Part shown: piece after piece, positions 1 through 8,439 of the stretch
Numbering within the stretch: position 1 is the first letter of the stretch
How the letters are laid out: each line of letters begins with the position of its first letter
From: a virus
Taxonomy: Duplodnaviria; Caudoviricetes
DNA: 29,519 nucleotides
Strand: one strand, 5' to 3'
IMG/VR virus record: IMGVR_UViG_3300017653_000217
Coordinates: 1-29,519 of that record
The notes under the pieces: model-generated
The model's database searches: none
Seen by the model: the letters and a program-made list of their open reading frames with translations, nothing else
Told to the model about the DNA's origin: nothing
Program-made: the position numbers and the translations under genes

Positions 1-714
1 TTAAATCAACTCCTTGTAGAAGGTAAACTTAATTACTCCATTCCCGTTAACCATCATAGGATTTTCGCCAATGGCTAACCTAAATGATTCACTTTTAGTT
101 TCACCTGCTGGGATAGCATAAGTTATACCGTCTTTAATTATCGTCATAGCAGCACTTGCTATTATTATTGGAGTAACGCCAGTGGACCCGACATTCATGA
201 GATTAATAGAAAGTGAACCATTAACCGTGTATTCGGTATCCTGTGAGTAATCTAAATCAAAGTTAAAGTTATCCCACAGACCATGCCCCTCTGGTAACGC
301 GGAGAGTTTAAAAGGGTATGCATCAAAAGAAAGATTGATATTTAATCTTCTGCCGGCTGTATCGTCTTCGACTTGTACTAATGTACATTTTGCTAAATAA
401 TAATAATCCCTAGCATGATCGTCATATAGAGGCTGATATCCACCTCTCATTAACCAGTTGGTTAAGACTGTCTCATCAACCTTACGTTTTTCGTATTCGT
501 CTTGGAAATAAGTGAACTTAAATGATAAAGGTCGATTCTCATAAATTCTCTCTCCAAGAATCAAAGAGAAATCGTAGATACCCTGCATAAACGGGACCGA
601 TTCGGTAATTTGTTTTTCAGCCGGGGAAGGTGCTGAACGTTCAAGCAGAATAAGCTCAAATTCCCCAGTGTGATAACCTGCAAAGCTAAAGCCCTCTTGG
701 GTAAAATCCTCCAT
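1..714 (-). CDS. Distal tail protein (Dit, phage tail component)
   Basis: Directly after the tape measure gene; N-terminal 'GFSFAGYHT..F.L', 'VPFMQGIYDFS..GE..YENR' and 'F.AYPF' motifs are typical of siphophage Dit. ATG at 714 overlaps the TMP stop (TAATG) and is more likely than the track start at 726. Confidence 0.8.
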   Translation of the reverse strand: MEDFTQEGFSFAGYHTGEFELILLERSAPSPAEKQITESVPFMQGIYDFSLILGERIYENRPLSFKFTYFQDEYEKRKVDETVLTNWLMRGGYQPLYDDHARDYYYLAKCTLVQVEDDTAGRRLNINLSFDAYPFKLSALPEGHGLWDNFNFDLDYSQDTEYTVNGSLSINLMNVGSTGVTPIIIASAAMTIIKDGITYAIPAGETKSESFRLAIGENPMMVNGNGVIKFTFYKELI

Positions 715-3197
715 TACCTTCCCCACCTTTCGGTTAAGACTGTTTTATTACCGCCCGCTCGATCAAACTCGTTATACACCCCTCCGACTAATTCACCGCT
801 ATCGAGGACAATAGTTTGATTACTGTTAGCAATAAGCTCCAGTAACTGTTCGATTCGGCTGGTATCTGTAGATGAATCATTTTGAGCCAAGACGCTTAAT
901 GTCCTAGTCTCATACTCGTGTGGTGTATTTGGCTTGATGCTGGTTCCAACATTCATAAAACCGCCAATGTCTGCCATTGCTATATTAGGAGTAACAGTTG
1001 CTCTCAAAGAACCCACAAGGTTCGTCATTCCCCTCGCTGTCGCCTTTTTGGCTTTAGCAATCGAATCTGTTATAGGTCCACCGAAATCTAATTTATCCAG
1101 ATCGGATAATGGACCATCTTTTGCCGGAGAAAAAGGCAAGAAATTACGCACCTTGGTTGCAACACTTTTAACAGCACCAGTCACTTTGCCGATAGCATTT
1201 GTGATTCCCTTAGCCATCATGTCAATAAATCCCTTACCTGCATTGTAAAAAGATGACCCTAAACCCTTCACGAAGGAAAGAGCCTGATTAAGTCCTGACT
1301 TTATACCTGAAGTTACTCTGGAAACGGCTGATTTTACTGCTGAAACCGTACTATTCCAAGCATTTATGGTTGCAGACTTTACTTTGCTCCAATTTGCAAT
1401 GACTAGAGCGACCAAAGCAATGACAGTTGCAGTTACCCACCCTACTGGTCCTAAAGCTATAAACCAGGATGCTGCGACCTTTGCTGCATGAGCAAGAGCT
1501 TGGACACCTAACCAAGCGTATTTAGCAGCGAACTTAGCTATGCTTGCAATGACAGATGCTGTTCCAACAGCTGCAGCCTTTACCATGGTTACTGTAAATG
1601 ATAAAGCAACCTTTCCAGCGTTAAGTGCTGCCTTACCAGCTAATAGAGCCCATTTCCCAATTTGAGCCGCAACCTGACCAGCGAATTTCGCGACCCAAAC
1701 AGCACCTTGTTTAGTCATTAAAAGAAATTGTGTTACGACCCTTGTCGCCATGGTTGCAGCCTTGCTTGCAAATAATGCAAACTGAACACCTATTTGATTT
1801 AAACCAGTCGTCAAAAGAAGTTTAGAGGTACTAAAAATTTTCCCTATATTCTTAAATTGAGTAATTATTGCTGCTCCAAGACCTGGAAATAAGGAAGTGA
1901 CAGCTAAAATAGTAGGTACTAGCATTTGAAAGACACCGATACCCATTAACAAGATAGCAATCATCTGACCAAATACTGGATGAGCGCCAACCATGCTCCC
2001 TGTCCACCCAACGATCGCATTTACCACTGATAAGACTTTTGCTCCTATAGGAGCAATAGCGATACCCATATTGACTAGAAATGTTGTTAGGTTGCCAATC
2101 AGTGATAATACGGTTGGTGCATTGGCACGAATGTAACCAATGAATTTTTGAAACTGCTGATTCTCGCCAAGAGTTCGTCCCCATTCCTTGAAGCGAGACA
2201 TCATTCCCTGTAAACCTGTCATCATATCTGAGGATAATGGTCCAAAGGCAGAAAACATATATACTAGCCCAGCTGTTGCATCCCTAAAGATCGCTTTAAT
2301 TTTAGGCATGTTTTCATTTATATAGCTAACAAACGACTGGAATTTTTCGCTTTTCGATAAGCCGGCTGCCCAATCAGCAAACCCCTGGGACATATTAAAA
2401 AAACCTTGAGCTGTTTTTTCAGCCAAGGGACCAAATGCCGTCATCATGCTAAAAAATCCTTGCATTATATTCCCCATTGCTTTTCCTGTGGTTTCAAGCA
2501 ATGGACCTGCACTCTTATTCATATAATCAAAAAATGCTTTTACAGGACCTGAATCTAAAGACTTATTTAGAGAGTCTAATAGATTGTTAACGGCTGTCGC
2601 TGCACTTTTAAATAGAGGTTCGGACATCTTTAATACTTTGTTCGCAAATTGCATTGACTTGCCAAATGCCTCTAGGATAGGCTTTTCCAAATCCTTAGTA
2701 ATGGCTTTCCAGGTGTTTTGTAGCTTTGTCAATTCAGTTTTAGCAGCCTTCTGAGACTTAGTAAGCTTTTCGTTTTCGTCAAACAGCTTACTTATAACTG
2801 GAATCGCTGCCCCTCCAAAGGCAAGAGCTGCCATTCCAGCAAAACCGAAGGCAGTTGCTAAGGCAAATGTTGACCCTGCAATCGTGCCAATCATAGGACC
2901 AAGAGCACCAAGGAGACCGACAGCAGCTGCTAAAATAGGCACCACAGAAGGACTCATCATCAATAGTCCGCCGTTTAAAATATTTCCACCAACTGTCCCT
3001 AAAGCGTGTATGGTATTAGCTAACCTACTTAGCCTTGTCTGAAAAGCAATTATTCTTTTTTCAGCTACTTTTGTAGAAACTATTACCTTCGTCTTCGTCT
3101 TTTTTGGAATAGTGGCAAGTGTCTTCTTTACATCAGCCATTTTCTTCTTAAATTCAGCCACTCTTGCGCCCACTATGGCGTTTAAACGTTTGTTCAA
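714..3197 (-). CDS. Tail tape measure protein
   Basis: 827 aa, rich in Ala/Gly/hydrophobic residues with periodic aromatics; C-terminal 'LPFSPAKDGPL' motif; follows the tail chaperones; TTG start after an AGGGGG RBS. Confidence 0.9.
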   Translation of the reverse strand: MNKRLNAIVGARVAEFKKKMADVKKTLATIPKKTKTKVIVSTKVAEKRIIAFQTRLSRLANTIHALGTVGGNILNGGLLMMSPSVVPILAAAVGLLGALGPMIGTIAGSTFALATAFGFAGMAALAFGGAAIPVISKLFDENEKLTKSQKAAKTELTKLQNTWKAITKDLEKPILEAFGKSMQFANKVLKMSEPLFKSAATAVNNLLDSLNKSLDSGPVKAFFDYMNKSAGPLLETTGKAMGNIMQGFFSMMTAFGPLAEKTAQGFFNMSQGFADWAAGLSKSEKFQSFVSYINENMPKIKAIFRDATAGLVYMFSAFGPLSSDMMTGLQGMMSRFKEWGRTLGENQQFQKFIGYIRANAPTVLSLIGNLTTFLVNMGIAIAPIGAKVLSVVNAIVGWTGSMVGAHPVFGQMIAILLMGIGVFQMLVPTILAVTSLFPGLGAAIITQFKNIGKIFSTSKLLLTTGLNQIGVQFALFASKAATMATRVVTQFLLMTKQGAVWVAKFAGQVAAQIGKWALLAGKAALNAGKVALSFTVTMVKAAAVGTASVIASIAKFAAKYAWLGVQALAHAAKVAASWFIALGPVGWVTATVIALVALVIANWSKVKSATINAWNSTVSAVKSAVSRVTSGIKSGLNQALSFVKGLGSSFYNAGKGFIDMMAKGITNAIGKVTGAVKSVATKVRNFLPFSPAKDGPLSDLDKLDFGGPITDSIAKAKKATARGMTNLVGSLRATVTPNIAMADIGGFMNVGTSIKPNTPHEYETRTLSVLAQNDSSTDTSRIEQLLELIANSNQTIVLDSGELVGGVYNEFDRAGGNKTVLTERWGR

Positions 3198-3200
3198 GCA

Positions 3201-3704
3201 TTAACCCCCTTTCGGCTTGAAATTGGGCTTGAATCCCTTAAATTTGTTATTAAGGGCTATCATTTTTTCGATATCTTTATCATTGTTACGAATACCTTTT
3301 TCAAGGTTTTTGCGGGCTTGTTTAGCATTGTAGATTTTACGTTCACTCGCTCGCTTAGCATTTGTAGCATAGCGGTGTGCCATCGCTGTTTTAGCCATAA
3401 GCTCGTATTGGTCTATTAGGCGGTGTTGGGAACCTTTAATAAATGCCTCATACTCAATAGGAGTCCAAGATAATATAAGATCTGGATCATATACCCCGAG
3501 ATAATGAGCAGCATCCTGAAAGATTTTTATATAATCTAAGTCGTTAATAGAATCCTTGCTTGTTTTGCTTCCTCGATCATTTCTTCTACTGAGCGTTTTT
3601 CCATCTCGCCCTCTACGAAGTCTTTCATCATCTCCATGTTCTTCCAGAATTTCTTGACTTTTTTTCTGAAAAAACCCGAGTTGTCCAACTTTCTGAAAGC
3701 ATCT
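3201..3704 (-). CDS. C-terminal (-1 frame) extension of the tail assembly chaperone, gpGT-like
   Basis: The frame of the 65-aa track ORF stays open from 3704 to 3201, overlaps the chaperone in the -1 frame, and encodes ...INDLDYIKIFQDAAHYLGVYDPDLILSWTPIEYEAFIKG... No clear RBS before 3398. Confidence 0.7.
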   Translation of the reverse strand, partial: RCFQKVGQLGFFQKKSQEILEEHGDDERLRRGRDGKTLSRRNDRGSKTSKDSINDLDYIKIFQDAAHYLGVYDPDLILSWTPIEYEAFIKGSQHRLIDQYELMAKTAMAHRYATNAKRASERKIYNAKQARKNLEKGIRNNDKDIEKMIALNNKFKGFKPNFKPKGG

Positions 3705-3988
3705 TTAAACAATTGGTCTAGATCATTGTGTTCATCCATGTAATCAAGAATTGCTTTCTCTATTGATTCTAAGGACGGTTTATCCCCCTTAAGGTGCGCC
3801 AAGGCACAGTCCCAAAAAGCAGCAAGATAAAGAGTGTCAAATTCTAATAGGTTGCCATAAATGGTGACAAGGCCGCCTTGCTTATTACCTTCAGCATCTG
3901 TCTGGTTATACTTCTCATTAGCAGTACGTTCGAATTTAAAATCAGTGCGAGCCTCATATTCTTTTCCATCAATCGTTAAATAAGCCAT
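3536..3988 (-). CDS. Tail assembly chaperone (gpG-like)
   Basis: Lies between the major tail protein and TMP; 'L.IDGKEYEA' N-terminus and 'SGFF' motif; GGAGG RBS. Confidence 0.85.
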   Translation of the reverse strand: MAYLTIDGKEYEARTDFKFERTANEKYNQTDAEGNKQGGLVTIYGNLLEFDTLYLAAFWDCALAHLKGDKPSLESIEKAILDYMDEHNDLDQLFKDAFRKLDNSGFFRKKVKKFWKNMEMMKDFVEGEMEKRSVEEMIEEAKQARILLTT

Positions 3989-4012
3989 TTAACATTCCTC
4001 CTCCGTTCAAAT

Positions 4013-4040
4013 AAAAAAGAGACTGGCGTTAGCCAATCCC
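4013..4040 (-). terminator. Intrinsic terminator after major tail protein
   Basis: Minus strand reads GGGATTGGC-TAAC-GCCAGTCTC-TTTTTT. Confidence 0.7.
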
Positions 4041-4535
4041 TTAAGCTGGTTTACCCGTTTCACCAGGTTCTTCAAAATCATATAGCAGCTCCTCGAAGCC
4101 TTCTGGCAAAGATGAGAGTGTACCTTCTACAGTATTTCCTCGCACCTGAAGAGTAGCTGAGACTTCTACAAAGTTGTCACCGGGACTAGATTTCTCTACA
4201 GATTCGACTAAACAATAAGCGAACACTGAATCGTAGGTACCTTCTGCATTCGGGATAGTATCCACTTCCCAAACCTTCAATTCCACTTTATTTTTGATTG
4301 CATTTAGAATAGCCATCTGGCCCGGGTCTCCCTTTCTGCCGAAAGCAGTCATTTCAAACGATTCGCTATTTTGACCATAAGCCAACACACGGCCACTTTT
4401 GGTCATTTCGTCAATCAGTTCATTTTCTATTGAATAACTGTTCTCTGTTAACTCAGCGACCACAAGAGCGTCACTTCCGATTGTTGCATCAACGGGTTGC
4501 ACCAACAGGATTGTATCTTTTCCGTGATTAAGCAT
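4041..4535 (-). CDS. Major tail (tube) protein, TP901-1/SPP1 gp17.1-like
   Basis: 'GKDTILLVQ', 'TKSGR', 'DPGQ', 'KVWEV' motifs; position in the tail module. Confidence 0.85.
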   Translation of the reverse strand: MLNHGKDTILLVQPVDATIGSDALVVAELTENSYSIENELIDEMTKSGRVLAYGQNSESFEMTAFGRKGDPGQMAILNAIKNKVELKVWEVDTIPNAEGTYDSVFAYCLVESVEKSSPGDNFVEVSATLQVRGNTVEGTLSSLPEGFEELLYDFEEPGETGKPA

Positions 4536-4546
4536 GTAATTACCTC

Positions 4547-4954
4547 CTATTTACCAATATAAAAGCGGACGTTTAAGATTCCCTGATAAGGAAATCCTTC
4601 GTCCGCTGGTTCCAATATGATCATATTTGGCTCAATTTGAAATCTATGAACCTTAAAACCTTCTACCTGCCAAGGCTTACGCGTTAAAGCCTTAAGCATT
4701 AGATTTAATATTTCAGCCGTTTCCTTTTTGCCGGGGTACGTGCTATAGCAATGCAGCACCCAAGGGATATCCTCTCTATAAGACGTTTTAGTCTCAAAGG
4801 GATTAACAGTAGGCTCACCAAATGTCACATATGGAAAAGGTGTTTTTCTATTTACCTTGTCATAAACGCCGGTTACTTTGTCTTTAAGTGCAGGATCTTC
4901 ATTTAATCGTTTAAAGATAGCCTGTTGCAATGGCCAAAGGGCTGTTTCTAGCAA
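4547..4954 (-). CDS. Tail terminator/completion protein (DUF3168, SPP1 gp17-like)
   Basis: 'LQQAIFKRL', 'GVYD....PFPYVTFG' motifs; immediately upstream of the major tail gene. Confidence 0.85.
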   Translation of the reverse strand: MLETALWPLQQAIFKRLNEDPALKDKVTGVYDKVNRKTPFPYVTFGEPTVNPFETKTSYREDIPWVLHCYSTYPGKKETAEILNLMLKALTRKPWQVEGFKVHRFQIEPNMIILEPADEGFPYQGILNVRFYIGK

Positions 4955-4960
4955 AATAAA

Positions 4961-5431
4961 TCACGCCCCCAATTTCTTCAGTTCGCTGTCAAAGTGTTTG
5001 CCGCCAGCTTCCAACGCTGGCCCCCAATAAGGTTGAGCCTTCATTCCCTTTGTCCAAATAAAAATTAAATTGCCCTTTTCATCTCTTTTTCCTTCTGGAT
5101 GAGGATAAGCCCAAGGAATTTTCTTGGCTCTACTTCCTCCTGGGCCAGTAGCATAAATACCGGTCCCGTACTCAACGTATATTGCGTAATGAGCACCTAC
5201 AATGATTTCAGCGCTTAAACCACGGTTAAAGTATCGAATTTCAATGGACTTCTTTAGGTATCCATCATCAGCTGGTGCCAAAGCAACAGCGTTAGCTTGA
5301 ATGATTTTGGCAGTCTCAACGACGACTCTTTTCACTTCTTGAATAAATTCTTTCTCAAACTCCTTAATGGCCCGTTTAAACATCTTCTTTCCATCCATAT
5401 CGATACTAATCCAAATATCTTTCCTAGCCAT
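4961..5431 (-). CDS. HK97 gp10-family morphogenesis protein
   Basis: 'AP.DDG.LKKSI', 'YAIYVEYGT', 'GMKAQPY..PA' motifs. Confidence 0.88.
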   Translation of the reverse strand: MARKDIWISIDMDGKKMFKRAIKEFEKEFIQEVKRVVVETAKIIQANAVALAPADDGYLKKSIEIRYFNRGLSAEIIVGAHYAIYVEYGTGIYATGPGGSRAKKIPWAYPHPEGKRDEKGNLIFIWTKGMKAQPYWGPALEAGGKHFDSELKKLGA

Positions 5432-5753
5432 CGATTAGACTCAAAGCAACACGCATGATTTCATGTTGCCCCCCTTGATCAAGTGGCTTTCCAGTTAATT
5501 CGTAGGTATCACCCTCACAAAAAACTCTCATCAAGGTTGAAATATCGGTTCGATACGGATAGTAAAGATATCTATCAAATGGGTGCTGCATTTGTTGAGC
5601 TTGATAAATTTCTTTACTTGATGGAGTGTCTAAAAATCCATAGAAATCATCCTGGTCAAGTTCTTCCCATATACTAGGTATCCATCCTCCACCGCCGTCT
5701 GACTCAGGTTCCTGTTCAACAAGAAAGACTACTTTATGCGGGTATTCATCCAT
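5424..5753 (-). CDS. Head closure / head-tail adaptor (SPP1 gp16-like)
   Basis: 'DGGGGW...W' motif, 'P.DQGGQHE'; position in the neck module. Confidence 0.8.
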   Translation of the reverse strand: MDEYPHKVVFLVEQEPESDGGGGWIPSIWEELDQDDFYGFLDTPSSKEIYQAQQMQHPFDRYLYYPYRTDISTLMRVFCEGDTYELTGKPLDQGGQHEIMRVALSLIDG

Positions 5754-6004
5754 TATCTAAACCTCACTTTCTTGTAGGGTCGAATAAGCCGAATAAGACC
5801 TGGTGGGAAGTCCATTTCGTATGAATAAGAGACAGAACCCATCGACCTATCCTTGATTCCTGCTTTATTTTGAAGATATTCTTTAGCCTTTATGATAAAG
5901 ATTTTCACCCCACCAGGTAGATCTTCCTTCCCTGAGCTATCTAGAAATGAGTTATTGCACCATTCTTTTATCCAGTCAAGGATATCGTCCTCGGTGATTT
6001 CCAT
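5753..6004 (-). CDS. Head-tail connector (SPP1 gp15-like)
   Basis: 'WCNNSF....LPGGV', 'SMGSVSYSY', 'IRPYKKVR' motifs. Confidence 0.8.
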   Translation of the reverse strand: MEITEDDILDWIKEWCNNSFLDSSGKEDLPGGVKIFIIKAKEYLQNKAGIKDRSMGSVSYSYEMDFPPGLIRLIRPYKKVRFR

Positions 6005-6006
6005 AT

Positions 6007-6291
6007 TTACTCACCTACAATCAAAGCAATTAACTCATCCTTTTTAGCAGTAGATTCATATTCAATGCCCTCTTTATCAAGAAAAGCTTGAATTTCATCT
6101 TTATTTACTTTTTTGAGCTCTGCTTCAGATAGCGTGTATAAATCAATCTCATCCTTAATGGTAGTTGTATCCTGTGGTTCTTCAACCTCGCCAGCTTTAT
6201 GATAGCCATACCCTTCATAAACGACCTTAAAGGCCTTCTCAGTTACATGTAAGATTTGGTCGCCTTTTTTGATCTGGATTAATTTAGCCAT
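6007..6291 (-). CDS. Small capsid-adjacent protein with C-terminal HeH/LEM-like domain
   Basis: 'KDEIQAFLDKEGIEYESTAKKDELIAL' matches the helix-extension-helix motif often found after major capsid genes. Confidence 0.6.
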   Translation of the reverse strand: MAKLIQIKKGDQILHVTEKAFKVVYEGYGYHKAGEVEEPQDTTTIKDEIDLYTLSEAELKKVNKDEIQAFLDKEGIEYESTAKKDELIALIVGE

Positions 6292-6309
6292 TCTAATCCC
6301 TCCGAATAT

Positions 6310-6336
6310 AAAAATAAGACGGCACTAAGCCGCCTT
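6310..6336 (-). terminator. Intrinsic terminator after major capsid gene
   Basis: Minus strand reads AAGGCGGC-TTAGT-GCCGTCTT-ATTTTT. Confidence 0.65.
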
Positions 6337-6339
6337 TTG

Positions 6340-7299
6340 TTATGCTCCTGCTACTTCTGGTGTAAGAGCTGCGAAAGCCTCGTCAGAAAGTGTCATAAAA
6401 CCAACCTGTTGAGTTACACGAAGCGCAAACATATCACGCTCGAATAGGTTGATTGGGTCTCCATTTTCGTCCTGGATAGTTGTTAAAGTCGCATCCTCGG
6501 AAATTTTGTACTCCATCCCCTGAGGAATGCCATATCGAGTCATGTTCCAATCAGCTGCTAACATAAGCGCTTTTTGGTAATCCCAAGACTTGGAGTCTAC
6601 ATACCCAATAGGTAGCCCTAAAGCTGATTGGGTAGCTCCTGCTTTAGCGTCGTTAAAGATTGGAAGACCATCTACATCCTTTGCGCCACGTAGTTTTTGA
6701 CGAAAACGGCGAGTAGTTGTAAAACCATCCGCATCCTTATCAGCTTCTTCAATTAATCCCATTACTCCATTTAACTCATCGTATAGATTGCCAAGTGAGT
6801 TATATGCAACTTTATTACCCGATGCATTAATCTTCTCCCAAAGAGATACACCAGCACCAAATGGAGAGTCTGTACCGAATAAAGCAGCCTGATCAAATTT
6901 AATTGCAAACGCCTCTGCGATCGGCCCACGCATTTCAGCGAAGAAATCTTTTACTGAATAACGTAGGAATTCCTTTGAAACAGGAAGAATAACCCCCAAT
7001 TTCTTAGAAACCATTTCGGCATTTAGCCATGTCGCCTTAGAGGTTTGGATTCGTTCCCCTTCACCTACCCAGTAAGCCCCTGGCCCAGATGCTAGGTAAG
7101 TGAACTTCTTTTTCGGTTTCGTCATTTCCTCATATTTTGCTAGTTTAGTAACAGCTGATTGAGACATGAATTGCTTCAATACTAGTGTTCCTTCTGTTGA
7201 CGGGACAGCACCAGTTTTCGAATCTTTTAGCATTACATTCGCTGGATCAAAGAATTGTTTAATGTTTACTGATAAGATTTCATGTTTTTTTGTAATCAA
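6340..7299 (-). CDS. Major capsid protein (HK97 fold, staphylococcal 80alpha-like)
   Basis: 'FDPANVM', 'GAYWVGEG.RIQTSK', 'KKLGVILPVSKEFL', 'NLFERDMFALR' motifs; TTG start with GAGG RBS. Confidence 0.95.
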   Translation of the reverse strand: MITKKHEILSVNIKQFFDPANVMLKDSKTGAVPSTEGTLVLKQFMSQSAVTKLAKYEEMTKPKKKFTYLASGPGAYWVGEGERIQTSKATWLNAEMVSKKLGVILPVSKEFLRYSVKDFFAEMRGPIAEAFAIKFDQAALFGTDSPFGAGVSLWEKINASGNKVAYNSLGNLYDELNGVMGLIEEADKDADGFTTTRRFRQKLRGAKDVDGLPIFNDAKAGATQSALGLPIGYVDSKSWDYQKALMLAADWNMTRYGIPQGMEYKISEDATLTTIQDENGDPINLFERDMFALRVTQQVGFMTLSDEAFAALTPEVAGA

Positions 7300-7310
7300 T
7301 TTAATTCCTC

Positions 7311-7946
7311 CTAGTTTCTAATACTTACTTCTGCAGCTAGTGAACCGATATCAATTGCCCCACCACCGGAAGAACTTCCTCCACTTGGTTCAATGTGGCG
7401 ACCACTTTCCTTAAACTTGGCATCTACAGCATCCTTAACAGCTTTGCTATACTCCTCCTCAAGCTTTGTAAGATTTGCCGTTGTACCGTCCTCATCTTCG
7501 GCAATAAAAAAGTCAATAATGCCGTCAGGTAGGTTTTTATCTTTCGCTACCTTCAAGGCTTTATTGACTAATGCTTCACGATTTCGAGCTTTACGTTCAT
7601 CCTCAATTTCTTTACGAAGCTTCTCTAATTCAAGTTGTTCAGGTGTCTTGCTTGGATTACGCTTAGCGACTTCATCATCGATAAGCTTTTGGAGATTATT
7701 AGTTTTCCATGTTTCAAGAGATTTTACTGAGTGCTTGTCCTTTTCTGAATCAAGCCAACTTTTCCCCTGGGCATTTTCTCCGAGGAACTTTTGCACACCT
7801 TCCACGGTATATGGATTTAACCCCAATAGATACGCTTTAACATCCTCATTGTCCTTGTTATCAGTCAAGAATTTCTTCACTGAGTCAAGGTTGATCGTGC
7901 CGTCAAACTGCTTAATATTGATTGGCAATAATACTTTTTTAAACAT
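7311..7946 (-). CDS. Capsid scaffolding protein (DUF4355-like)
   Basis: Charged coiled-coil protein directly upstream of the capsid gene; ATG at 7946 follows AGGAGG (track start 7991 is less likely). Confidence 0.85.
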   Translation of the reverse strand: MFKKVLLPINIKQFDGTINLDSVKKFLTDNKDNEDVKAYLLGLNPYTVEGVQKFLGENAQGKSWLDSEKDKHSVKSLETWKTNNLQKLIDDEVAKRNPSKTPEQLELEKLRKEIEDERKARNREALVNKALKVAKDKNLPDGIIDFFIAEDEDGTTANLTKLEEEYSKAVKDAVDAKFKESGRHIEPSGGSSSGGGAIDIGSLAAEVSIRN

Positions 7947-8003
7947 TCTATTTCCTCCTGTGCCCCCTTGACGTTGCCCCCAAAGACGCAAAATATTTTA
8001 AAA

Positions 8004-8246
8004 TTAATCGTTAATATAATTCTCCTCAACCATTCCAGCAATTAAATCCATGTGATTATGGCTAATCAGTTCAGCTCTCATTCCAAAATCGGCATTGTTC
8101 CATGATGTAGCAACTTCTCCACTAGGTAATTTGCAAGCAAAGATGAAATTGTCGAATTCACCACTTTTAGCCTTTTCCAAAAGCATTTCAGGAGCAGCTA
8201 CATGATCACTTTTATCCTTAGGGATAAACCTAACTACCTTGGACAT
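8004..8246 (-). CDS. Hypothetical protein in head module
   Basis: ORF overlapping the Prp gene end; ATG at 8246 with GGAG/GAGG upstream; no family recognised. Confidence 0.6.
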   Translation of the reverse strand: MSKVVRFIPKDKSDHVAAPEMLLEKAKSGEFDNFIFACKLPSGEVATSWNNADFGMRAELISHNHMDLIAGMVEENYIND

Positions 8247-8430
8247 CCTCTTCACTCCTGACCGTCACTTGCAAGGCTTCCGGATACTGCGATGACAACT
8301 CTTGCAGAAACCTCACAGAGGACTGCAAAAGAGTGGATACAGAGGCACAAACAACGCTTTCTGTATGCCCTATGGCTTCAATTTTCATGTATCCATCCTC
8401 GCCGACCGTTACTTCGATTTTGGTCACCAT
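8230..8430 (-). CDS. prp: Phage-encoded ribosomal-processing cysteine protease Prp (DUF464), shortened form
   Basis: Catalytic-dyad motifs 'GH' and 'VCASVS', and C-terminal 'LQELSSQYPEALQV'; located between minor head and scaffold genes; ATG at 8430 after AAGGAG. Confidence 0.8.
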   Translation of the reverse strand: MVTKIEVTVGEDGYMKIEAIGHTESVVCASVSTLLQSSVRFLQELSSQYPEALQVTVRSEEDVQGS

Positions 8431-8439
8431 TATCACTCC

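Noticed and set aside
4041-4070. SPP1-like +1 frameshift extension of the major tail protein
   Set aside because: The gene ends CCA GCT TAA rather than CCC TAA and is followed at once by a terminator and the chaperone gene.
7393-7971. 192-aa + strand ORF, and similar + strand ORFs at 934, 9259, 9928, 11795, 12225 and 21490
   Set aside because: Antisense shadows of well-supported minus-strand phage genes; no RBS or family motifs.
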